The notes: generated from the letters alone by a model not told the origin. A stretch of DNA of 64,000 nt from Candidatus Methanovorans sp. (GCA_020793565.1 DQIP01000236.1:6069-70068); one strand, 5' to 3'. Counted from the stretch's first letter, positions 48,158 through 57,193 are shown. A program made the numbers and translations.

Positions 48158-48208
48158 TCCGGGTGTGAGCAGTAAGGTTTAATATTAATGTTAACCATCA
48201 GTTAAAAT

Positions 48209-48763
48209 ATGGTTGACAATACCAGTTCTATTCCATCCCACAATGCACAGGATATAAGAAAAATGGTCTTTGCCTCACTTTTTGCAGCAATGACCGCCGT
48301 CGGGGCGTACATAAAGATACCCATCCCTGTAGGCCCGGTTCCGCTCACGTTGCAGGTACTGTTCGTACTTCTGGCAGGCATCATGCTCAAAAGCAAATGG
48401 GGTGCAATAAGCATGCTCATCTATGTGCTCCTCGGAATTGTCGGACTTCCGGTATTTGCAGGTGGTGCTTCAGGTCCTGGAGTACTCTTTGGTCCCACAG
48501 GCGGATACCTGGTCGGTTTTATGGCGGCGGCATTTGTTGTCGGTTTTGCGGCAGAGCACAAGGGAACTTCAAATGTTCTGCTAAATGCGGTTTTCATGGC
48601 AGCCGGTCTTGGCGTGATATACCTGTTTGGCGTGATACAACTGGCAGTCGTTGCGAAGTTGACTGTAATGCAGGCTATTGCTGCGGGTATACTCCCCTTT
48701 TTGATCGGGGATTTTATGACGATAATAGCAGGTGCTTACATAGCTTCAAGATACAAAATATGA
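48209..48763 (+). CDS. bioY: Biotin transporter S component BioY
   Basis: FAAMTAVGAYIKIPIPVGPVPLTLQVLFVLLAGIML...GP.GGYL.GF is the BioY signature. Confidence 0.9.
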   Translation: MVDNTSSIPSHNAQDIRKMVFASLFAAMTAVGAYIKIPIPVGPVPLTLQVLFVLLAGIMLKSKWGAISMLIYVLLGIVGLPVFAGGASGPGVLFGPTGGYLVGFMAAAFVVGFAAEHKGTSNVLLNAVFMAAGLGVIYLFGVIQLAVVAKLTVMQAIAAGILPFLIGDFMTIIAGAYIASRYKI

Positions 48764-48787
48764 GATCTAAGATTTGACCACAACATC

Positions 48788-49627
48788 ATGATCCACATCA
48801 ATAACTTAAGTTACCGGTACACTGGTGGAACTCTTGCACTTGATAGCGTGAATATGTCTATCAACAAAGGTGAATTTGTCGCACTTATAGGTAAGAACGG
48901 GTGCGGAAAAACCACACTTGTCCGGCACCTGAATGCACTCCTTATACCAACGGATGGTTCGGTATCCGTTTTTGGAATGGATACAAAGGATACGCCAAAG
49001 GTCTGGAATATCCGTCAGGCCGTCGGAATGGTGTTCCAAAACCCCCAGAACCAGTTCGTGGGGACGACCCTTGAAGAGGATGTTGCATTCGGTCCCGAGA
49101 ACCTTGCACTTCCACAAAACGAGATTCGAAAGCGGGTGGACATGGCACTTCGCGAGGTCGGGCTTCTGGAATACAAGACCCGTGCACCAAAAACACTTAG
49201 TGGCGGGCAGATGCAGCGCGCTGCTATTGCTGGTGTGCTTGCAATGGAACCTGAATGTATTGTTTTTGATGAGGTTACGTCAATGCTTGATCCGGAATCA
49301 AGGAAAATGATACTTGATACCATCCGGCAACTTCACCACAACGGAAAAACCATCATATATGTTACACAGCGGATAGGGGAGATCCTGCCGTTTGCAGGCA
49401 GGATCATTTCCATGGACAATGGCAGGATTGAGTTTATGGGAACACCGCGTGAGTACCTGGCATCTGTGAAATCACATGTTCCTGCAATCACCAGCCTTAT
49501 GAGAAAACTTAAGGCAAAAGGATTTGATGTGAGGGATGATGTGTTTGCAGTTGATGATGCGTTTTTAGAGATCACAAAAGCGTGTATGAAAGGATACGAA
49601 GAAGAGAGGAATACGGATAATGGATGA
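48788..49627 (+). CDS. ECF transporter ATPase component (EcfA/CbiO/BioM type)
   Basis: Walker A GKNGCGKTT, signature LSGGQMQR and Walker B IVFDE. Confidence 0.9.
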   Translation: MIHINNLSYRYTGGTLALDSVNMSINKGEFVALIGKNGCGKTTLVRHLNALLIPTDGSVSVFGMDTKDTPKVWNIRQAVGMVFQNPQNQFVGTTLEEDVAFGPENLALPQNEIRKRVDMALREVGLLEYKTRAPKTLSGGQMQRAAIAGVLAMEPECIVFDEVTSMLDPESRKMILDTIRQLHHNGKTIIYVTQRIGEILPFAGRIISMDNGRIEFMGTPREYLASVKSHVPAITSLMRKLKAKGFDVRDDVFAVDDAFLEITKACMKGYEEERNTDNG

Positions 49628-50402
49628 ACTGTTCAGATCATACATTCCCAATAGCTCACCACTGCACAGGCTTGACCCGCGCACAAAACTGGTTTCGTTG
49701 ATGGTCATAAGTATACTTGTACTCCAGGCATTCACATTTACCGGACTGGGGCTGTTTGCCGCTTTTTTCGTGCTGCTTGCATACCTGTCCGGTGTCGGCA
49801 CAGGAGCGTTTTTACGTTCCATCAGGCCCATGCTGATGTTTTTTGCATTCATATTCCTGATGCACCTGTTCCTGACAGAGGGTGAACCCATATTCCGGAT
49901 CGGCCTGGTTCACCCGACATTTGAGGGATTGGTACTTGGAACGGTTATTACCACAAGGTTCGTGTTGCTGATACTTTTTGCATCCCTGCTCACTGCAACC
50001 ACTCGCCCAAGCATGATAACAAATGGTATTGAGCGGATGCTTCGCCATATACCCCTGAACCGAATCGGCCTGTCATCATTTGATATTGCGACCATGATGT
50101 CGCTGGCAATATATTTCGTGCCTGTACTTATGGATAACGCACACCAGGTACGTTATGCACAGATCTCGCGCGGACTGGATATCAGGCACAACATGTTCCG
50201 TGGCGTATCAACAACGATCACACCGATGATCAGGGGTTCCCTGCACACGGCTGATGACCTGGCAACAGCCATGGAGAGCAGGTGTTATCAGGGAAAATAT
50301 CGCACTTCCCTTTTTGAACTCAGGATGAGAACTGTGGATTGGTGTGTCCTGTGTGGGATAAGTTGTGTGGTGTTCCTGTTTTCCGGTTACGCTAATTATT
50401 AA
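49620..50402 (+). CDS. ECF transporter transmembrane T component (EcfT/CbiQ/BioN type)
   Basis: 260 aa with a multi-TM CbiQ-like pattern (LHRLDPRTKL..., ARG..) and an 8-nt overlap with the ATPase gene. Confidence 0.85.
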   Translation: MDELFRSYIPNSSPLHRLDPRTKLVSLMVISILVLQAFTFTGLGLFAAFFVLLAYLSGVGTGAFLRSIRPMLMFFAFIFLMHLFLTEGEPIFRIGLVHPTFEGLVLGTVITTRFVLLILFASLLTATTRPSMITNGIERMLRHIPLNRIGLSSFDIATMMSLAIYFVPVLMDNAHQVRYAQISRGLDIRHNMFRGVSTTITPMIRGSLHTADDLATAMESRCYQGKYRTSLFELRMRTVDWCVLCGISCVVFLFSGYANY

Positions 50403-50403
50403 T

Positions 50404-50423
50404 ATATGAACACATGTTCATAT
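50404..50423. promoter_or_regulatory. Perfect 9-2-9 inverted repeat ATATGAACA-CA-TGTTCATAT (operator-like, or ECF operon terminator stem)
   Basis: Read directly. It begins 1 nt after the ecfT stop, 214 nt upstream of the ArsR/SmtB-family gene. Confidence 0.4.
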
Positions 50424-50491
50424 GTTCATGAATAATATATGTATCCGTGCTAATGAGCCAGATATAAAAAAGATGGCACAAAACCTCCCCG

Positions 50492-50620
50492 ACGAGAAAA
50501 TCTTCGCTGACGCTCAGATTAACTCGGACTACATAATCTTATAGATTATATACAACGAGAAAATCCTCGTTATGCTCGGATTAACTCGGACTACATAATC
50601 CCATCGATTATATACTACGA
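50492..50620 (+). repeat. Rep-P array: two units in plus orientation
   Basis: ACGAGAAAATCTTCGCTGACGCTCAGATTAACTCGGACTA / CATAATCTTATAGATTATATAC / AACGAGAAAATCCTCGTTATGCTCGGATTAACTCGGACTA / CATAATCCCATCGATTATATAC. Confidence 0.9.
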
Positions 50621-50636
50621 TAAAACGATAAACCGG

Positions 50637-50903
50637 ATGTCTGCCATATTCCAGGCGCTCCAATCAGGCACCCGCCTTAAGATACTATTCCTACTGTCGC
50701 AAAAGGAGATGTGCGTATGTGAACTTGAATGCGCACTTGGTGTGAGCCAGTCTGCGATATCACACAGCCTGCGAACCTTGCGTCAACCTGGTCTTGTCAG
50801 GGTCAGAAAACAAGGACGGTTTATGGTATACTACCTTGCGGACGACCATGTAAAAACATTGGTTGATCTTTGCAACAAGCATGTCACGGAGTGTATTGCA
50901 TGA
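50637..50903 (+). CDS. ArsR/SmtB-family metalloregulator
   Basis: RLKILFLLSQKEMCVCELECALGVSQSAISHSLRTLRQPGLV..RKQGR...Y.L contains the CVC metal site and an HTH. Confidence 0.9.
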   Translation: MSAIFQALQSGTRLKILFLLSQKEMCVCELECALGVSQSAISHSLRTLRQPGLVRVRKQGRFMVYYLADDHVKTLVDLCNKHVTECIA

Positions 50904-51997
50904 CTTTCATTGAAAAACTGGCATCTTTAACCATCGGCATTGCAGGTGCGACATGGGAGATATTTGCAGAAGCTGCGCCGTATCTGTTTTTTGGGTTCGG
51001 TATTGCAGGACTTTTGCATTCATTTGTACCTGATGAGAAGATAGTGCGTTTCCTTGGCGCATCAGCCGGAAAGGTCAGGTCTGTTGTAAATGCAGCTATT
51101 GCAGGCGTTCCGCTTCCCCTGTGCTCATGCGGGGTCGTGCCAACTGCTATATCGCTGAAAAAAAGGGGTGCGACCAGAGGTGCTACGGTCTCATTCCTGA
51201 TATCGACACCCCAGACCGGTGTTGACTCTGTAGCGATAACCTATGCACTTCTTGACCCGATAATGACAATATTCCGGCCCATTGCAACATTTGTTACTGC
51301 TGTTTCTGCAGGAATTCTGGACAATTTGCTTATTAAGGACAAAAGCAGCGCCCCCTCAATCCTGCAAACAATACCCCTTGCAGTACCAAAAGACAATACA
51401 ACATGCTCATGTGGTGATTGCAGTATTCCTGCGCCGCAGGGGGATAGTTTTTCACAGCGTGCCTATGGCGGGATAAAATATGCATTTGTAGAACTACTCG
51501 GCGATATATCGAAGTGGCTCATTGTAGGAATCATAATTGCAGGTATTGTATCGTATGCAATACCAGGGCGTTTGATCACTTCATATCTTGGTGGAGGGAT
51601 CGGGTCTATGCTCATCATGCTTGTTGTTGGGATTCCGCTATATATTTGTGCAACAGCATCTACACCACTAGCAGCAGCTTTCATGGCAAAAGGAATGAGT
51701 CCGGGAACTGCGTTCGTGTTTCTTCTTGCAGGTCCTGCGACCAATAGCGCAACGATCACAATAGTTGCTAAATTTCTAGGAAAACGCTCGGCTGCACTAT
51801 ACCTGATATCAATTGGGGCATTCTCTATAGCTTTTGGTCTTTTACTGGATCTTATCTATCTTAAAATGGGAATTGAGGCTACATCTATTGTGGGACATGC
51901 ACATGATATCCTGCCTGGTTACGTGAAAACATTATTTGCAATATTGATGCTCCCTATGATCGCAAATAGTATTTACCATAAGATGGGGGAGCAATAA
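50900..51997 (+). CDS. DUF318/UPF0718-type permease (ArsP-like; putative metal(loid) exporter)
   Basis: Multi-TM protein with LPLCSCGVVP and a Cys-rich loop CSCGDCS. The ATG overlaps the arsR stop (ATGA). Confidence 0.75.
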   Translation: MTFIEKLASLTIGIAGATWEIFAEAAPYLFFGFGIAGLLHSFVPDEKIVRFLGASAGKVRSVVNAAIAGVPLPLCSCGVVPTAISLKKRGATRGATVSFLISTPQTGVDSVAITYALLDPIMTIFRPIATFVTAVSAGILDNLLIKDKSSAPSILQTIPLAVPKDNTTCSCGDCSIPAPQGDSFSQRAYGGIKYAFVELLGDISKWLIVGIIIAGIVSYAIPGRLITSYLGGGIGSMLIMLVVGIPLYICATASTPLAAAFMAKGMSPGTAFVFLLAGPATNSATITIVAKFLGKRSAALYLISIGAFSIAFGLLLDLIYLKMGIEATSIVGHAHDILPGYVKTLFAILMLPMIANSIYHKMGEQ

Positions 51998-52146
51998 TGC
52001 CATCGCAACGTTTGATCCGAAAGTTGTGAGGACTTTATTGTATAACGTGGCACCCATAAAACATGAGTTGATTGATAGTGTTTTTCAATATATTTTTGAA
52101 ACATCTTTGAATTCGAGAAATAAATATGTTTTCGCATTCGCATCAA

Positions 52147-52174
52147 CAAAAAAAAGGCATCCGTGAGGATGCCT
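52147..52174 (-). terminator. Intrinsic-type terminator of the surface-protein gene
   Basis: The minus strand reads AGGCATCC-TCAC-GGATGCCT followed by T8. The stem overlaps the stop codon. Confidence 0.7.
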
Positions 52175-55100
52175 TATGGTGCTATCTCCTTTCCTGCCAG
52201 ATATTTTGCCAGATAGAGTGCATCTGCAGAAGTTATATCTCCATCACCTATATCAGGGGACATATCACCTACAAGCAATGAGGGCATTGATTCTTTACCT
52301 ACAAGATACTTCGCTATGTATAGTGCATCTGCAGAATTCAGATTTCCATCCCTAACAATATCGCCCCGCAAGAGCACAGTCAGTTCAATCACCGAAGTGT
52401 TTGTATTGTTTGCTTTATCTGTTGCAGTAACAACCAGTTCATGGGTCTGGTTAATACCATCAACAGCATTTGTAGATACTGTCCAGATATCTGTGCCATC
52501 TATTCTCTCCATAACCCTGGCATTTGAACCTCCGATCGACGAGAGATCAATAGTGACAGTCATAACACCAGATCCACCATTGAGTACAGTTGCATTCAAT
52601 ACAGCAACATTCGTGCCTGGTATTCTGGGTCTGCCGTTGTCATTCAGGATCACATCCGGAGTGGCAATTTGACCTCTTATTATAGGCGGATCGTCAATTA
52701 TACTGAATGTTCCATTGGTTACACTGTGTATGATACTATTATAGCTGGTATAATCGATCAATTCCGAGGAACTGATGGCCAATGATGTTGAATCCGGGCA
52801 TTCTCCCACTGCATGGAAGGTAACATGAGCAAAAACCACATCGCCATTGTGGGACGTATCTCCATCCTGTGAAAGTATTTGGACAGAGCCAGTTGAGTTA
52901 TCGACGTTCCAGTCCTGTACAGCAAGAGCATTTCCATCTCCAGAGGTCACATTTGTTACATGAACCACTGATGAGTTGTATGTAACAGTAATACTACCTG
53001 AACCCAGGCCAGTCACATCATTAACCATTATTGATGTAACCGCATAGCCGTTTGGCTTTGCTGTAACATCTTCAACCAGTACAACCGGATGTATGGAAAC
53101 TGTTGCTGTATAGTTTGCCGTTTCGTCATAGGCGGTATTGCCAGCTGCATCACTTGCTGAGACATTCACAGTGTGATTTCCATCAATAGCTGTTATGGTT
53201 CCCACCCAGGTATCATCTTCACCAATGTAACTTAAGAACACATCTTCAGTTGTTACGGATGTTACTCCGACATTATCAGTAACATTTATTGTAACTGTAA
53301 TGTCATCACCAGTATTCGGATTAGTCGGGTTCAGTGTAACTGAGTTGATTACTGGTGCTGTGGAATCCGTACTTATTAAAATATCACTTTGATTAAAAGC
53401 AACCAACTTATCTCCAGAATTGTAAACTCCGGTAAGCAATATGTAATTGCCAGCATGTGATAAATTACCGGTGTCGAAACTAATTAATGCATTTTTTGCA
53501 TTTGTATCATTAACCACCATAGAACCATTGATTGGGTCTATGCCATCACGGATTGTATTTAGAACCGTTGTTATGTTCACGCTGGATAAACCAACACCTA
53601 AAACTTCATATCCCTGAATGATTTCTACACCGTTTAATGTCAGATTGGTTCCGGCCCTGGTGCCATTAAACTTAAGTTGCATTTCTGCGCAGTATGCGCT
53701 TTCATGCACCAGCGTTGCTATGTATTTATATGTGTCAGTTGGGGCGTTTGTTAAAGAAATATTAGCATTAAATATATCCCCAAGACTCACTTCAGGTGAT
53801 AGTACGGTAGTGGTTGAATCATACTCCAGAACCTGAAATGTCGTAGCAGAAAGTATTGACAATTTGTTCAAATCTGAATTGTTCAGAAGAATAAATATTG
53901 CATAATCGCCTGCATCAACTTCATTAAAAACCAGGTTCATGTCACCGCTGGCATCCAGTGATTCATTTAGTTTTGTTTCGTACGGATCGCCTAATAGATC
54001 ATCGTAGAAACCTGCAAAATTACCATCTGTGATGTTATTAAAAGCATCTTTAAGTGATGTTCGAGATATTTTAACCAGGTATACATCAGTGCGATTGTCT
54101 GCAAAATATGTTGTGCCGTTGAAATGCATGCCCACACTATTTTTACCTGTGACATTTGTAAACATGTCATGAGTTGTATGTGGATAGGTGACGATATAAT
54201 CGGTATCATCTTCAATATCTACGGTCACATTTATTCTACCGTTTGTAGAAGAAGAGAAATTAGTGCCATTATAGGTAAGAGTAAATGGCGATGGTAATTT
54301 AATAGGATCTCCAGCCCTTAAAAATATCCAATTCCCCTCTGTAGGTGAATCACTGTGATTTGCAAATATAACACTCTTATTACCATCAATTGTAATATTA
54401 ACAAATTCCGGATAGGAAACAGGTGAAGTGGTGTCTGTTGTTGCTGCAGGTGCCGTTGTAGCTGTATGGTTTACCCATGTATGGTTGATATTGCCAACAG
54501 TATCTACTGTCCTGGTACTGATCTCATACGTGGTACCGGAAGTAAGTAATGTGGCGTTATAGCACTGTACTCCACTATTGACATCTTCCTGGAATACACC
54601 GTTAAGGTATACCATCACCTTTGAGAACTCCGGATCAACAGGGTCAGTCCAGGTCCAGTTGATATATGTCCGGGCATGGGTGATGTTATGCAGATACGTG
54701 ATAACTGGCAGAGGCGTGTTATCCAACATGACCAGCGGATGGTAGTCTCCGCCGCTATTGATCTCGCCCGATGAGTTGTACGGGGTCAGTGTATCTCCGA
54801 GACCATCGTTATCATTATCGTTATCGACTCCCACGTAGTCGCTCCAGTAGTTCCCGCCGAGGAAGAGGCCGTCGATGATGTTCGTCCTGTTCGTCTTTGT
54901 GGTGTTCCACTGGTTGCTACCATAGCTGTAGGCGTTCTTCGTGTTGTCGAAGTAGTTGTTGTAGATCAGGTTGTCGTTCGAATCATACAGGTAGATGCCG
55001 TAGTCGTCGTTCGAGTTTGCTGTGTTGCTTGCAAGTGTGTTGTTGCTCGAAGAATGCAGGTAGATGCCGCGGTTGTTGTTCGATGCTGTGTTATTTACAA

Positions 55101-56295
55101 GTGTGTTGTAGTTGCTCGAATGCCACAGGTGGATGCCATGGAAGTTGTTTGATACTATGTTATTCGCAAGTGTGTTGTAGTTACTAGAATCATACAGTTC
55201 GATGCCACGGTTGTTGTTCGATGCTGTGTTATTTACAAGCGTGTTGTAGTTGCTCGAATACCTCAGGTAAATGCCGTCGTAGTTGTTTGATACTATGTTG
55301 TTCGCAAGCGTGTTGTAGTTGTTCGAAGAATACAGGTAGATGCCGCAGTAGTTGTTCGATGCTGTGTTGTTCGTAATCGTGTTGTTGCTAGAAGAAGACA
55401 GTTCGATGCCATCACTGTTGTTTGAGCAGTTGTTGCATGTGAGCGTGTTGTTGCCTGAAGAATACAGCTGGATGCCGTTGTAGTTGTTCAAACTTGCGTT
55501 GTTGCTCATGAGCGTGTTATAGTTGCTCGAATGGGACAGTTTTATGCCGTCGTTGTTGTTCGATGCTATGTTACTCGTGAGCGTGTTGTAGTTGCTAGAA
55601 GAATACAGGTAGATGCCATCGCTGTTGTTCGATGCTGTGTTGTTCGTAAGCGTGTTGTTGCTAGATGAATATAGGTGGATGCCGCGGTTGTTGTTCGATG
55701 GTGTGTTGCACGATACTGTGTTGCTCATGAACATGTTGTTGCTAGAAGAATACAGGTAGATGCCAGCTCTGTTGTTCAATGCTGTGTTGTTCGTAAGCGT
55801 GTTGTAGTTGCTCGAATCGCCCAGATCGATGCCGTGGTAGTTGTTCGATGCTGTGTTCTCGGAGATGTTGCAGTGATCCACACCGTCCAGATAAATCCCA
55901 GCATGCGGGAAATCCGTTGCCCCTGTTGCATTGAACCCTGAGATGTTCACGTAATTGGCTGTTACCTCAAAGGCATGATCCGAACTCGACGCCACGTTCA
56001 CAGTGACCACACCTGCGCCCTCACCTCGAAGCGTGAGATGTGGTGTCCTGATTATCACCTTCGTGTTGTAGTTGCCGGCTGCAACGCAGATCGTCTCGCC
56101 CGCGATCGCATTATCGACAGCAGCCTGTATTGGCGTTGTGCTCACGGTGAACGCACCACTGTCACGCCACCAGCCAGTTTCATTCACGCAGATGTTGTCG
56201 TCGCAGGTGCAAGAGATCGCAGCTGCTGTTGTTGTGCATATAGTAATGAGTGCTAAGGTTAGCACTATTGTTGTTATGATTGTTCGTACTCCCAT
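52174..56295 (-). CDS. Large cell-surface protein: signal/TM, about 15 PbH1 (right-handed beta-helix) repeats, Fn3/Ig-like modules, cohesin domain, C-terminal dockerin
   Basis: 1373 aa. The repeats read NNTASNN..GI.LYSSSNYNTL. The cohesin-like block reads ...ITVTYNSSVVHVTNVTSGD...VVFAHVTFHAVG.... The C-terminal duplicated dockerin loops are GDIVRDGNLNSADALYIAKYL and GDGDITSADALYLAKYL. N-X-S/T sequons are very numerous. Confidence 0.8.
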   Translation of the reverse strand: MGVRTIITTIVLTLALITICTTTAAAISCTCDDNICVNETGWWRDSGAFTVSTTPIQAAVDNAIAGETICVAAGNYNTKVIIRTPHLTLRGEGAGVVTVNVASSSDHAFEVTANYVNISGFNATGATDFPHAGIYLDGVDHCNISENTASNNYHGIDLGDSSNYNTLTNNTALNNRAGIYLYSSSNNMFMSNTVSCNTPSNNNRGIHLYSSSNNTLTNNTASNNSDGIYLYSSSNYNTLTSNIASNNNDGIKLSHSSNYNTLMSNNASLNNYNGIQLYSSGNNTLTCNNCSNNSDGIELSSSSNNTITNNTASNNYCGIYLYSSNNYNTLANNIVSNNYDGIYLRYSSNYNTLVNNTASNNNRGIELYDSSNYNTLANNIVSNNFHGIHLWHSSNYNTLVNNTASNNNRGIYLHSSSNNTLASNTANSNDDYGIYLYDSNDNLIYNNYFDNTKNAYSYGSNQWNTTKTNRTNIIDGLFLGGNYWSDYVGVDNDNDNDGLGDTLTPYNSSGEINSGGDYHPLVMLDNTPLPVITYLHNITHARTYINWTWTDPVDPEFSKVMVYLNGVFQEDVNSGVQCYNATLLTSGTTYEISTRTVDTVGNINHTWVNHTATTAPAATTDTTSPVSYPEFVNITIDGNKSVIFANHSDSPTEGNWIFLRAGDPIKLPSPFTLTYNGTNFSSSTNGRINVTVDIEDDTDYIVTYPHTTHDMFTNVTGKNSVGMHFNGTTYFADNRTDVYLVKISRTSLKDAFNNITDGNFAGFYDDLLGDPYETKLNESLDASGDMNLVFNEVDAGDYAIFILLNNSDLNKLSILSATTFQVLEYDSTTTVLSPEVSLGDIFNANISLTNAPTDTYKYIATLVHESAYCAEMQLKFNGTRAGTNLTLNGVEIIQGYEVLGVGLSSVNITTVLNTIRDGIDPINGSMVVNDTNAKNALISFDTGNLSHAGNYILLTGVYNSGDKLVAFNQSDILISTDSTAPVINSVTLNPTNPNTGDDITVTINVTDNVGVTSVTTEDVFLSYIGEDDTWVGTITAIDGNHTVNVSASDAAGNTAYDETANYTATVSIHPVVLVEDVTAKPNGYAVTSIMVNDVTGLGSGSITVTYNSSVVHVTNVTSGDGNALAVQDWNVDNSTGSVQILSQDGDTSHNGDVVFAHVTFHAVGECPDSTSLAISSSELIDYTSYNSIIHSVTNGTFSIIDDPPIIRGQIATPDVILNDNGRPRIPGTNVAVLNATVLNGGSGVMTVTIDLSSIGGSNARVMERIDGTDIWTVSTNAVDGINQTHELVVTATDKANNTNTSVIELTVLLRGDIVRDGNLNSADALYIAKYLVGKESMPSLLVGDMSPDIGDGDITSADALYLAKYLAGKEIAP
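54885..55905 (-). repeat. Nucleotide-level 66-69-nt periodic repeats encoding the PbH1 units
   Basis: There are repeated blocks such as GTTGTTCGATGCTGTGTT(A/G)TT(T/C)(A/G)(C/T)AAG(C/T)GTGTTGTAGTTGCT(C/A)GA. The antisense ORFs here are repeat artefacts. Confidence 0.85.
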
Positions 56296-56482
56296 TTTAA
56301 TTTCCCCAAATTTTTATGTTGCTTTCTCTTCTGTACATATTGCCACAGCCTGTGTGCCGGAATGATTGCAACATTTTAAAATACCACTCTTCGCTAATAA
56401 GTTTTTCGTATGTGGGGTCTAAAATCTCATACTTAACAAAAAAATTAGCACGATTTCTACAGACTGCCGCATAATTTGTGGC

Positions 56483-56594
56483 TATAGAGGCTGCCCTGTA
56501 ATTCAAAAATCCAGAGAAAATAAGGTAAAATATAGATTTAAATATAAAAAGAAGGATTGATATTACTGAATGCCGTAATTGGACAGCCTCTATA
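56483..56594 (-). mobile_element. MITE (copy B), inverted relative to copy A, flanked by TATA on both sides
   Basis: TATA-GAGGCTGCCCTGTAATTCAAAAATCC...GTAATTGGACAGCCTC-TATA. The interior block AAGGATTGAT...TAAATATAAAAAGAAGG matches the reverse complement of copy A. Confidence 0.8.
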
Positions 56595-56654
56595 ACTTTT
56601 CACATCCATAATGTAGCGAACCACATAAACCTCTTTTCAACATTCATCTAGTTA

Positions 56655-56921
56655 TTGTACCCCACTATCCCCCCATTCAAATCAACCATTACTGTTAAGC
56701 ACATATTTGAGGACAATAACAACTGTAACATGTTTTGCCTCACTGCAACAGATAGCCTTCGCACTGTTGAGGTCGAAGAAGTCAACAAGATGCTTTCCTG
56801 CAAGGACGAGAGCCGCGGTTACTCTACATATCAATGTGAAAGTGGCGCGAAAAATTTCATTTATGCAAATTTTGACCCAATGAATACACTGATTTTGAGG
56901 GGAAAACAGGCAATTACATAG
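56655..56921 (+). pseudogene. Possible remnant of an IS91-family transposase N-terminus (zinc-binding domain)
   Basis: VKHIFEDN....R..EVEEVNKMLSCKDESRGYSTYQCES resembles the IS91 N-terminal pattern (..KML.CGD...G...Y.C..CG) with the Cys ligands degraded. There is no downstream catalytic domain. Confidence 0.3.
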
Positions 56922-57037
56922 AATTATAGGCCATAATTTTTCAACTGTCAAATTGGTTTTCCTGGCAAAATTTGGAAATTTTAGAGAAAATAGGATACAT
57001 TCTCTTCAAGAAAGAGTGGAAACTGTCAAACTTGGGG

Positions 57038-57124
57038 TATATAATTTATAGAATTATATACTACGAGAAAATCCTCGCTAACGCTCAGATTTACTCGGAC
57101 TAAATAATCTTATAGATTATGTAC
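57038..57124 (+). repeat. Rep-P unit bracketed by two palindromes
   Basis: GTATATAATTTATAGAATTATATAC / TACGAGAAAATCCTCGCTAACGCTCAGATTTACTCGGACTA / AATAATCTTATAGATTATGTAC. Confidence 0.9.
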
Positions 57125-57127
57125 TAT

Positions 57128-57160
57128 AAAAAAAGTAACCCTCAATGATGAGGGTTTTTC
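57128..57160. terminator. Bidirectional hairpin terminator (A7-stem-loop-stem-T4)
   Basis: AAAAAAAGT-AACCCTCA-ATGA-TGAGGGTT-TTTC, located 34 nt downstream of the last gene of the XPD operon. Confidence 0.55.
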
Positions 57161-57193
57161 GAAAGCACTTAAACGATCACTTTCTGAATGATT

